DNA of 64,000 nt, taken from the NCBI GenBank assembly GCA_030141605.1, contig JAQGDQ010000526.1, positions 19,532 through 83,531 of the forward strand. The letters run 5' to 3'. The notes beneath the pieces were generated by a model, which saw only the letters and a list, made by a program, of their open reading frames with translations, searched no databases and was not told the origin of the DNA. Position 1 is the first letter of the stretch, and the number at the start of each line of letters is the position of its first letter. The stretch is from Tubiluchus corallicola (lineage: Eukaryota > Animalia > Priapulida). Of this stretch, positions 11,051 through 22,390 are shown piece after piece. The translations under genes and the position numbers were made by a program.

Positions 11051-11209
11051 AAAAAATTAATAGCGGAACGAAAAGGATGGATGGAAAACTTGGGCAGCGG
11101 TTCTTACAAGTTGGTGTAGTAGGAAAAAAAACTAGAACAAAGATGGTGATGATGATGATGATATGATGACGATGATGATGAAGCCAATTCCTTCAAAAGG
11201 CTATGCAAC
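11049..11209 (+). repeat. Degraded copy of TRIP4 CDS segment 9991-10121, located at the start of the 3'UTR
   Basis: agaaaaaattaatagcggaac...caagttggtg..gaaaaaaa(a)ct.gaaca..gatggt.atgatga..ttccttcaaaaggctatgcaac aligns with 9991-10121. Confidence 0.9.
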
Positions 11210-11941
11210 TTTTTTAAACCAATAAAACATTTTACTAATTTAATATTTCCAAACAAATAGCAAAATGTGACTTATATTTTTAAATTGTAAGTATTGGTAA
11301 AAATTAAAAAAAAACAATCATGTTTGTTTGTTAGTGGCAGTTTGTTTTGCAAGTTTGCAGATTTTTAGCAAAATTCTCATACATGTACATGTTTATGAAA
11401 TATTTACACACATGATTCAGCATATTACAGCATTCCTTGGCACTACTAATGTTAAATTAGTTTGGTATTGGCAGCACAGAACTTTGATCATTATCAAAAA
11501 TACTAATTAAGTCCTACAGGACAAGATACTGAACAGACAAATCCAAATGTATATAAACATACCCCTCAGTGTGATAGATACATAAAGGAAATTCGGTAGA
11601 TAAAACTTGCTATTGAATGCATTTGTCTGTTAACTAATCGGTGATTTTTCACTTCTTGTTGTCACAACTTGTCCTAAAATGCAACGAAGCTGAGTTTAGG
11701 ACTTTTAATTTGGATGTATACTATGATGACTTGGTGCGTATAGCAGTGAGCAAAGTTCTGAAATGCGAGTGAGCATAGTGTCTTTGTGAAAATGTTGAAA
11801 TATTAAAATTTTATAATGTGCTCTTTGTAACTGTAGCCAAAACTTGCAAAAAAACAGTACACATAAATTCATGTTGCCATTATAATTTACATAAATGTAC
11901 ATGCACTGCACTTGTTTTTTACCAATACATTGGAGTACTAG

Positions 11942-12426
11942 CAGTGGTGTAGCTAATAAGGGAGCAACTGCTACCCCCGAGCACATTTTTTTTCAAAATT
12001 GGCACCTTTTTAACAAGTTTTTAACTCTATAGGTCACTTGTGCGATAGAAGTCGAACCTTCTTTATATTTTTTTTTAAATCTTGGCCTATGGAAGAATTT
12101 TCTGCTGCCATTACTTTATTTGAACACCCTCCCTCTGATGTTTTAGACAACTCATTTGTCAAGGTTGACTGACTTGAGCAAAAGATGAAATTGCCTCAAA
12201 TTTGAGATTTATGAGCTTACTATAAAACTTTTTACTGTTTTTTAATTTTAAATACAAAATAACAGTTATGTACTTTCTTTAAAACCGTATCTTCCTCTTG
12301 TTTTGATTTTAAATACAGAATTAAAAATTTTAATGTGTAATCAACCCGTTAAAAATTGTTTGATATGTGTCACGACACCTTTTTTATGTACTTGCTTTCC
12401 CATCTTTAAAACCTGGTACGCCCCCG
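11942..12426. mobile_element. hAT-like MITE
   Basis: Ends cagtggtgtagc ... ggtacgcccccg; 8-bp TSD agtactag/cgtactag. Confidence 0.55.
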
Positions 12427-13859
12427 CGTACTAGGCTACTAAATATGATATATATTATATTGACAAACTATGCAGCTATAAAAAGCAAATATTAATGGAT
12501 GATGAAAGAAAAATGTGCTGTAGTTCTTCGCTTGCTGTCACCTTGGTAACCTGCAGGTTGCATTCAGTGTAATTCAGAATGCTTAATTCTTATTCACGAA
12601 CATTTCCAGCACACGTTAATTTACAGTGATTTTTCAGCAGAATTAATGTGTTAAAGGCGCTTTTTTTAAGAATCAGTGGCTATAGGGTCTTGGCACAGGG
12701 CACCCTACTCCACAGGTCTCTACAGCATCGCCCAGCATTTAGAATCTGCAGCGATTGAAAACAGACTAATTCTGCAGAATAAATTTTTAAACGCTGATCT
12801 CACAATACTATTAAATGTTTGCACTACATGTATTATTATTTTTCTAGTGTTTCGTTGTTCCATTAATTACATTGACCAGTAGCATTAAAATATCAAATTC
12901 CCATCAGTACAAGATTGCAAGTTTGGATTTTGATTTTTACTATAATAAGTTGTTAAATTTATTACATATGTGCGGGTATGAGTGAAATTAGTTGTGAGCA
13001 ATGTAATGCAACCTAAAACGATTTTTTTCTATTATAGATATTACATGGATCATTATTGTCATTCTACAATAAGTGGGATGCAGATAATTTATGTAGTTAT
13101 TTTGACCTTTTGGCCCCTTGGATTGTAGAGGGAAATAATTAGTAGCATGTTGCTGCGTGGTCACATTTTATGATAGCTGTAACCATCATAATTATTATAG
13201 CCAATTTGTGTTAACTTCGGCGTTATTCAATCCAGTGAGATCAAAAGAACCATAACATTTTAAGAGTTATTGACATTGCTAATGGCAAAAAATATAATTA
13301 TAATGACGATCTAGGTTAGTGACTTGATTAACTTTTATGAAATATGCATTAATTCATACATCACTTTATGTCTTTGGTTTATGGAGGTCTCCCAGCTAGT
13401 ATAAGCTTTCTAAATTAGTGTTAACAAACAATTTAGCCATTGTCAATATAAATTAGATTCTTAAAGTGTTGTGCTCCTGCGTTGCCATCGTCTTGTCATT
13501 TCTCAGGTTACAATGGATAAGTAGTACTTTACTGATTTGTCACGGTCGTTCATAGCACCAGCAATTACAATAAATAGTGACTTCTCGAAGAGTTCTCGTT
13601 ATTCGTTCGCTTCGATTATCTGATGGAAGAATAGTGAAATATTATTGGATTTTTTTCCGTCATTTTAACTGTAAAAAGTGAAATACATTTTATGGCGCAC
13701 ATTTCTTTTCGTGCAAGATTATTTTTTGCACTTGTCTTTCACATTTACCATGTGTGATTTAGCCTACTTTACAGAACGTGTTTTATTTGTAAGTCTAACC
13801 TTTTTTTGTATCAGGCCGTTTATATTTAATAGGTCAAAATTTAATGGTTGACTATATTT

Positions 13860-14020
13860 GCGTATTTTTTGTGTTGAGTGACACTACGTGGGACGTTCGT
13901 GCCTGTTCGCTATTCATGTGTACTGCCTCACGTTACTTTGCGCCAAAGTACAGGGCGAGGCGGTACACGGCAGCGTACTAGTATCGGTATATAAATTATA
14001 TTGAGGATATCGAGCCAGCG
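13860..14020 (+). promoter_or_regulatory. Possible MGAT2 promoter / non-coding first exon
   Basis: Short CpG-rich patch about 3 kb upstream of the acceptor (ttgttgcag|, 16949) that precedes the first coding exon. Inference only. Confidence 0.3.
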
Positions 14021-14419
14021 TAACCGTCCACACATTTATCATTGAAGAATTCTTGGATAATATTTCCAAGTCAAACATTGGTGTTAAAACCCGTTAAATT
14101 TTAATTATTTCCAAGTCGAACCTGGATGCCGAAACTACTTTCCAAGATTATTTCCAAGTTAGATTTGCTTTTAACAGTATGGTTTGTATACATAGGGCTT
14201 ACCTAAATTTTATTAAAATATACTAATTTCGAAAAACTTTTACAATACCTAGGGATGCACAAAATATTCGGATCACCGAATTTTCCCCCTGAATACCAGT
14301 ATAAAAATCTGGTACGGTAAACCCCAGTTTTAATCTCACTAAAAGATTTGGCATAATTTTGGTATGCTTTTCTAACAGTTGTTACATTTGGTGAAAATCC
14401 TATTAAATAAGCAAATATG

Positions 14420-14890
14420 ATACTTACAAAAATTTATTTGCGAAAAGCTGATACTAACTGATAACGGTTGTTCGACCCATTTTGGAATACGTGTCGGTTG
14501 TATTGCCACCCCAGTATGCTACTCTTAAAAATGCTCTTGAAAGAACTCGGGACAGATGCCCTCGTCTTGCTATTGACTTTGATCCTTCATTGATTTCTAC
14601 TCTTGAGCAGAATTCAGCTCTTGAGCTGGATAAGGCATTAGACTGTAAACCTTGTGAATTGCTTCATAATAAATTAGCGGAAACACTGTTCTGACATAGA
14701 CAGACTTTTTCCCAGGCCTCACAGAGTTCTCCGTGGTCATGAATTTTAATTATTTGTGCAACCAGCTAGAACCAACATCAGATCTCACTTCTTTGGTCAT
14801 TGTGTTGTTCAGCCATGGAATCGTCTTTCATCATCAACCATCAGTGTTTCATCAATTGACAGTTTAAACAGGTGTTTGAGACAGGACTGT
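14420..14890 (+). mobile_element. Degenerate CR1/L2-group LINE 3' fragment
   Basis: Encodes LVRPILEYVSVV...LERTR; downstream sequence resembles LRGH..., F..VVQPWNRL, typical of CR1-type ORF2 C-termini. Confidence 0.6.
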
Positions 14891-15254
14891 TTACAGATAG
14901 TTACCATCTAGGTCCTTATTTCTTTAGTTAAGGTAGTAACACAAACACGGAACAACAGCTGACATATTTACTTTTTGTTTATGTATGATAACTGGAAAGA
15001 TGCAATGCACCATCAGTACCCAACTCATGTGAATGCACAATAGCGTGGCTATCTGGGTATTTAACATACATGGCCAAATAAATCAATAAAATTCTTCAAT
15101 ACTACTTTTATTGATTGTACAAAATAGTTTAGACTGCTGAAATAATTAGGGCTGCTTTTAAAATACTTAATACTTTACTACAATAACTATTAAATAAAAA
15201 CACGGATTTAGTAATCAGAATAATTTTACACAGGACTTCTAAGTCACTACTAAC

Positions 15255-16114
15255 TTAAAGGAAAGGCCAAGGATTTTAGGAGGTTAGGCTCATTTCAATG
15301 TTTTTGAAAAATGTTAGAAGGATTTATTAATAAAACTGCAATAAGCGCCTCGTGTAACTAGTAAAATCACTTTAAAGTTGCAATCACTTCATGCTTTGAG
15401 GCTTCTGTTTTCAATGCCCATTCTTCTTACAATGACATCATTCATCTTGAAAAAAGTAGCACTGTTGTGGAGATCTGGAATATTCTATAGTATAGTAGAA
15501 CCAATCTTCTTACTTTATAGAAGCAGTCGAAGTTTCGAGAACTTTCTATACATGATGCGCATAGTAGTTTCTAGATTGTTCATTGCACTGATATATAAGG
15601 CGGAGCTGGCCGCTCAAGTTTATTCTCGTATTCTCAGATTAATCTCATATTCTCGTTTTTACGTCTCCAGATTATCACTTGACTGTACATATTTTGCATT
15701 CCTTCATACTTTTGTGTTATAAAATTCTCGCATAATAAACTAGTTTTATTTGACGACATGTTTTCTGGTTTTATCTACGAGCCGTCCGAGAGAAACAAAA
15801 CACAACAAGCACACTGTCAATCTTCATCAAAAGTATAACTAGTTTTTACAAAAAAATTAGATAGCTACATTTTATTAAAATTTTGACATTAGTGAAGCTG
15901 CGGAGGTTTGAATTAGTTTAAGTAACGCTAACTTATGGAAAGCAACGACCTGCTCACGAAAAGTCATGAAGTGTCCCAGTTACATCATGATTTTCAAGTG
16001 TATGGCTGCTATCATCACGCCTGAAAGTTTCAATTGAGAGATAGTATGTTTTAAATTTATGCCTTATCGGGTAAAATGAACTAAATGTACTGAGTGACTT
16101 GTTCTTTCCTTTAA
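15255..16114. mobile_element. Kolobok-like non-autonomous element (TTAA TSD)
   Basis: Begins ttaa|aggaaag and ends ctttcct|ttaa. Confidence 0.5.
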
Positions 16115-17038
16115 AACGATTTAAACACTACAATGTTTAAATCATTTTAAAGGAAATAACAAGTAAGTTTATAATTTCTTTCAGTAAGAATGTTTGCGTT
16201 TCCATTAATACATTGCAAAACACAAGAAAATTTGGTTCGACTCCGGTCAGGTACGCCACTTTAACTTGACATTTTATTTGGAATTTGGTTCAGTAAATAC
16301 AACGTCCGATTATATGATTGAATTTGTTTAGGTGGTGCCCAAGTATAAAAAATCGGCTTCAGTTCAGTTGATGAAAATGTGTTTCCGGTGCACCCCTATA
16401 ACACTTCCATGGACGGTCACATATTTGTCCAGAAGTGTGTTGGTCGGACTGACCATCGCTCCTACATTGCACATTCGCAGCTAAAACTGCTGGCAAGCTT
16501 TTCCAGCAAATGCGAAGATTTTACACATCGGCAGCAGTGCCCATATCGGGTATCACTGCATCAGGTATCATGGCAAGTTTACATCTCAGTCTAGCCTTTG
16601 CAGGTATGAGATGATCAATGAATTTGCCAGTTTTGCTTGTTGCCCATTGGAGGACCTGCAGTTCCACCCTCATGCTTTTACACATTTATTTTGTTGTGCC
16701 AAACATTAATTAGTTTTAGTAAAAGAACATAATTTGACAATAAGCCTTTGGCGTTGTCAAGTGCATACAAATGTGTTGTCTGGTATGCTTAACCTTTGAC
16801 CTTTTCACGATCGTCAATTGCTGGAACTATGGAAAAAACTTAACAATCCAAATGACATCTTCATATTTGCAAATGTAGATCAATATTATCCATAAATTTA
16901 ATGATTTTAAAAACCGTGCAGTAAACGTCATTCACTCAACTTGTTGCAGGTAACGATGAATTTCTGGACTCTCAGCTCAGCCATTAATCAAAATTTTCGA
17001 GAAATGAAGTGCAGTGTAGCTTCAGCTATATTGGAATC

Positions 17039-17605
17039 ATGAGAATGCATTTAAGAAGAATTGTTCGCAACCTTTTGGTGCTTTTTATATTAATTGCCAT
17101 ATCATTCCACATCTATACATTGTCCCTACGTCTAACTCAGAAATCTTCCGTGGTGAACGAGCACTTGAACTATGATGGTCTTGCACTCTCTGAAAGCCAG
17201 GTCAGTCATAGGCTTAACGATTCGTCATATCCGACAAAACCGAGGAACACGACATTGTTTAAACAGTTGCAGCCGCCACCAGATCCTGTTGGCAATAAAT
17301 CTCTTCCTGTTGTTGACTGGCACTCGATTCCAAAAGTGAAAAATTTGACTAGTCTAGCCGAAATTGGTGCTGTGATACGTGACATAAATCAAAAACAGCT
17401 AATAGTGAATAGCCATTTATTTGGTCAATTCCCAGAAGATGGTATAATAGTTGCAGTGCAAGTGCACACGAGAGCAAACTACCTGCAATATCTCATCCAA
17501 TCTCTACGCAAGGCACGCGGTATATCTGAAGTGCTTCTTGTATTTAGCCACGATTATTACTCTGAGGAGGTAAACAATGTGATAAAAACGATTGACTTTT
17601 GTCAG
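17039..17605 (+). CDS. MGAT2: Alpha-1,6-mannosyl-glycoprotein 2-beta-N-acetylglucosaminyltransferase (GnT-II), coding exon 1 of 8
   Basis: MRMHLRRIVRNLLVLFILIAISFHIY type II signal-anchor; IIVAVQVHTRANYLQYLIQSLRKARGISEVLLVFSHDYY..IDFCQ; donor cag|gtaatt. Full model join(17039..17605,19428..19525,22291..22390,25643..25773,29473..29551,30360..30449,31624..31748,34561..34777) gives 1407 nt and 468 aa, with all phases consistent. Confidence 0.92.
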
Positions 17606-18128
17606 GTAATTAACTAATTTATTTTCATGGATATTTTGTTAAATGATCTTATTAATTATTAAATTCGTTTAAATATCTCTGCATCCTTGATGCTTGTAAC
17701 ATTCACTTCACACTTTGCCAGCAGCTAGTTGGGGCAAAGGCAGATGGTCTATTAAAATATGGCAGCATTTGCCTATGGAAGCAAGGCTTCTGGCAGCTGG
17801 TCGTTGTTTTCCTCTGCCATTTTTTCAGTCATTAAGGACGTTCAGTAATATGCTACTAAGCAACGTATTACTGGGAGGCAATTGGTTTGCGAAGGTCGTC
17901 ACATTTTGTCTAACTATATATTAGAATAAAATGAGCATATGCATAGTTTGTGGAATTTTTTTTAAATTCATTGTCTAAAACTAATGCCTAGTTTATCAGA
18001 TCATTTGTAAAATTACATATTGTTTAAAGCTAGTATTCAAAATTGTTTAGCTAATAATTGTGGTGATCCATTTATAACCACGCAGGATTGAAGAACTTTA
18101 ACAGGTATTTCCTATCACTAGCAATTTA

Positions 18129-18313
<185 letters not shown>

Positions 18314-18539
18314 TATTTTATTCACATATCTTACAACATGCAATCAAGGTTAGTAACAAAACAAAGTAACAGGAAATAACGACACACAAGTATTTGCAAA
18401 CACACATTACAGATATATATTTGCAAATTAATCAGTCAACAGGGTTAGTAACATTTTATCAATTTCATCCATTGTAATATTTATGTAAATTTTGTTTTTG
18501 CACATGTTTGTATTCATACCGTCATCCGTTTATTATATA

Positions 18540-19163
18540 CGGAGGCATAGCAAGGTGGGGGGGGGGGGACAGGGGGCAATGGTCCCTGGGTGCAAAATTC
18601 TTCTAGAGTTCAGTGACTGTTAAGTATTAACTACCAATTTGATATTAGCAAAACAATTAAGAAAAGTTTTCAAACTACAACAAAATTGCCTAGTCAGCGA
18701 ATTGTAGTTAACTTAATTACTACGTGTATACAGCCTAGAAAAAAGACTAATATTGTTACTTAATGGCATGTGTAAGGTGTCGTTTGGATTAGCAGATCAA
18801 TAATAATTGTGGGAGAAAAAGTGACGTTTCCCCTAAATGCCGATTGTATTATTGTGAAAACCTGTAATGCATCTATGCATCTCTAATAATCCTTGCATGT
18901 TTTAATGCTGGAGATGAATGCTTAAGGACTGCATAAAATAGAGTTATTCTTGTGCAAAACCTCAAATCAAACTCGTCGACATTCTTAGAAAAAATTTTTT
19001 ATCTTTATTCTGTCATATCGAAAGCCGAAAGTGGGGCTCAAGGACGCTTAAAAACAAGCACGATTTCTGGCTTAGACCACAAAACAAATGATCAAAACAT
19101 TAAAAGGGGAGGCATCAAAGGTTTTTTTGCCCCCGGGCGCCACAAGCACTTGCTACACCACTG
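18540..19163. mobile_element. hAT-like MITE in MGAT2 intron 1
   Basis: TIRs cggaggcatagcaag / cttgctacaccactg; perfect 8-bp TSD attatata. Confidence 0.75.
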
Positions 19164-19427
19164 ATTATATATAATCTCTTGGCTTATCTAATCATTGGTT
19201 TAATTTAGGCAGTCTGTATAAAAGTACCTTGTATCATAATAATTGCTGCATATCTGTAGTGCTCATGTATCTGTCAAAGAGATTATCACTAATATTTTGA
19301 TACCCTATACTAAAATCTAGCATTCTGTCTCGGTATGCATGCAGTTTTTGCATTTAGCTTTCTGCAGAGAAATTAGTTTGTCTAAATTCATAATTACATG
19401 AATTATTTTTGCTTTCATTTCTTTTAG

Positions 19428-19525
19428 GCTACTCAAATTTTTTACCCTCACAGCATACAACTTTCACCGAATTCATTTCCTGGACAAGATCCCAAGGACT
19501 GCACCAGAAATGTAAAGAAAACAGA
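19428..19525 (+). CDS. MGAT2: MGAT2 coding exon 2
   Basis: ttttag| ATQIFYPHSIQLSPNSFPGQDPKDCTRNVKKT |gtaagc. Confidence 0.92.
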
Positions 19526-19739
19526 GTAAGCCAGTTACTGTAGTATTTTTAACGCATGCCTTGCAGTATAATGTCATCGCGTTCGATGTTTATTATCATA
19601 ATTTATTTTGAACAGCTGTGTACATGTATAAATACGTAAGCAGTGGAATTTAAAATAAACACTGATAATAGCAGCAAAATAAATTAAAGATATAGCACAC
19701 AAAAACACATACAAGAATGAACAACTAACAAGTCTGATG

Positions 19740-20510
19740 CTTCTACTTTAGACCTAGTTCGTGTCTGTACAATTTATGTTCGCCCTGTTTTAGAGTATGC
19801 TTCTGTTACATGCAGTTCGTCCATAAATCAAACTCAAACTGCCAGTATTGAAAGAATTTGTCAGATAATTTTTTACGATGCTGCTTTACATCAGCTCAAT
19901 CTGATTATTATGGAAAATCATAGAGAAAAATTAACTTATAATTTTGCTTCTAACATTACCCAGTACCATAGTCACTTGCTTCCTGATTCACATCTTAGTG
20001 TAAGCAATCCCAGTTCGTCCATAAATCAAACTCAAACTGCCAGTATTGAAAGAATTTGTCAGATAATTTTTTACGATGCTGCTTTACATCAGCTCAATCT
20101 GATTATTATGGAAAATCATAGAGAAAAATTAACTTATAATTTTGCTTCTAACATTATCCAGTACCATAGACACTTGCTTCCTGCTTCACATGTTAGTGTA
20201 GGCAATCCCAGTTCGTCCATAAATCAAACTCAAACTGCCAGTATTGAAAGAATTTGTCAGATAATTTTTTACGATGCTGCTTTACATCAGCTCAATCTGA
20301 TTATTATGGAAAATCATAGAGAAAAATTAACTTGTAATTTTGCTTCTAACATTATCCAGTACCATAGACACTTGCTTCCTGCTTCACATCTTAGAGTAAG
20401 CAATCCCACTGCTTTAAACTCTAATAAATTTGTCATATCTAAAGTTTGAACAGAATGTTACAAATGTTCACCAATACCTGGTGTAATTAGAACTATAAAT
20501 AATAATTAGG
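19740..20510 (+). mobile_element. LINE ORF2 3' relic containing a 198-bp x3 in-frame tandem repeat (19813-20408)
   Basis: Encodes FVRPVLEYASVT...QTASIERICQ, a CR1/L2-type C-terminal motif. Units start at 19813, 20011 and 20209. Confidence 0.75.
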
Positions 20511-21589
20511 AACTTCTTTCTAAGTTATAGTAACTGATTTATTGTCTCAATTGGTTTTAAACTGTTTTACTAACTTTGCGATGTCATTCCTCCAAATTTT
20601 TACCTTGCAATGTCTTTTATGTGTTTTTTACTCTTTTTTTATTTTTTATTGTGTTTGCACCTTGTTTTAATTTTTACTGCAATGGTGTGACTTTTTAACA
20701 AAACCCAAATATTTTTTTTATTTTTAGTTTATATGAATGTGAATACAACAAAATAAATTAAGACAGCATCAACTACTTTAACATTTCTTTCAAAAGACTT
20801 TTGACAAAAAATTTAAATCTGCACAATCTTTCACTAGATTTATTGTAGGTATCACATCGTGTCCTTTCATAATCTTGTGTGATAAAAATTCTTAGGCACA
20901 TATAGTTTATATACAAAATGTAAGATGTCAACCATGGAGTTACTATTTCTCAGTGGCGTAAATTTTCTCAGAAGAAGAAAAAATGGAATACTATCTACAA
21001 TTCTACATACATGTAGCCGACCCAGCTGTAACTTGACTGCTTGTCAGCTGTAAAAGAGCGTTAGTCATTTAAAATTATGGTAAAACAGAGCTGTCATTCT
21101 GCCATTGTGTGCGCTGTCTATTACTGCACTCATTTTCAAGATTAATTAGCAGCCTGATACTATAATTTGCTCGTTTGACAATTAATATTACATACTGCTA
21201 GCTAACTGAGTGGAACTAAATGGTATGCCGTCTTGTATATGTGTGAATAGTGGTCCATTATTGGTGGTGATTCACCTAACTGTATGTAATGATTCATTTC
21301 CTTTTGCTACTTTGATAGGCATTAGGTAGAATTAAAAGGTGTCAGGCTTGAAATAAGGTGTCGATAGGATTCACTTATTTAATATGTATCTTATCAAGAA
21401 GAATTCTCTCGACCGCAGGGTGTTTAATAGTGTGTTGTTGATTGATTAATGCTTTTCGAGTCATCTGTATTAAAACTGTGACGCTTTGGTTATATATATA
21501 TTGCTTTTGCCGTTTTCAGACCACGACAAAACTACTTACCAGCACCTGAAAATTCAAGTAATTATGTTAAACGATAAGAAAAGCCCTGT

Positions 21590-21746
21590 TTACCTGAATG
21601 CGGTTTCAGAAAAATCGCCTTAAAAATTACATTACTTTACAGTAATTTTATGCGTATATCGTACTCGCGTTGAAAAGATTTTTTGTTTGTTTTCATTTTA
21701 AATCTCCCGCAATGCTGTTCCGACGGCGCCATTACATGACGTCATA

Positions 21747-21781
<35 letters not shown>

Positions 21782-22010
21782 AATCTCCAGTAGTTATAAT
21801 ATAACTTTTGAGACAAATAGTTCTTCGACTGATATACACACAACGTAAATCAGGGGAAGAAAAGGAAATGTTAAGCTACATACCAACAACTTTCCATGCA
21901 AAGTTATATTACTTAGCATTTCGCTTACCTGTTTGAAAGACTTTACGTAGCTAGAAAAGAAACTTATTAATTATTTAAAATGTTTTCATCAATTGGTTAG
22001 TGAGTGGTGC
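21590..22010 (-). mobile_element. Inverted copy of Kolobok-like MITE family A, interrupted by a (TAG)n-containing insert
   Basis: Reverse complement of the family A core (cgtactcgcgttgaaaag...aaatctcccgcaatgctgttccgacggcgccattacatgacgtca). (TAG)n at ~21747-21781. Confidence 0.7.
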
Positions 22011-22290
22011 ACCCTACTGAAGGTACTGAAGTTACTGGACCGATAAGGGAGACGGCTTAGCTTTACCCACATGTCACGTGACGGCTGTAGTTAAGACTCA
22101 TCGCTGTTAACCTTTGACCTACAGCAACTGCCCGTGTTTACAACAAAACTGTAAAAAGGCTTATTGTCAAAGCATTGAGAGCAAAATGAATATATTTTCC
22201 TACTATTTTTTTCCTAGTTGCAGCTTCCTGTTTGTTGTGACATCACAAGGATTGTCACTTATATCTGATTGCATTAATTAATTATTTCAG

Positions 22291-22390
22291 TGCTGAGAAA
22301 AAAGGCTGCCCTAATGCCGAGTGGCAGGATTCCTATGGCCACTACAGAGAAGCCATTTTTACTCAAACAAAACAACATTGGTGGTGGAAG
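22291..22390 (+). CDS. MGAT2: MGAT2 coding exon 3
   Basis: tttcag| AEKKGCPNAEWQDSYGHYREAIFTQTKQHWWWK |gtaagt. Confidence 0.94.

Noticed and set aside
17009-17038. ORF-track start of MGAT2 at GTG 17009 and its end at 17617
   Set aside because: The eukaryotic start is more plausibly ATG 17039, and the ORF tail runs past the donor at 17605.
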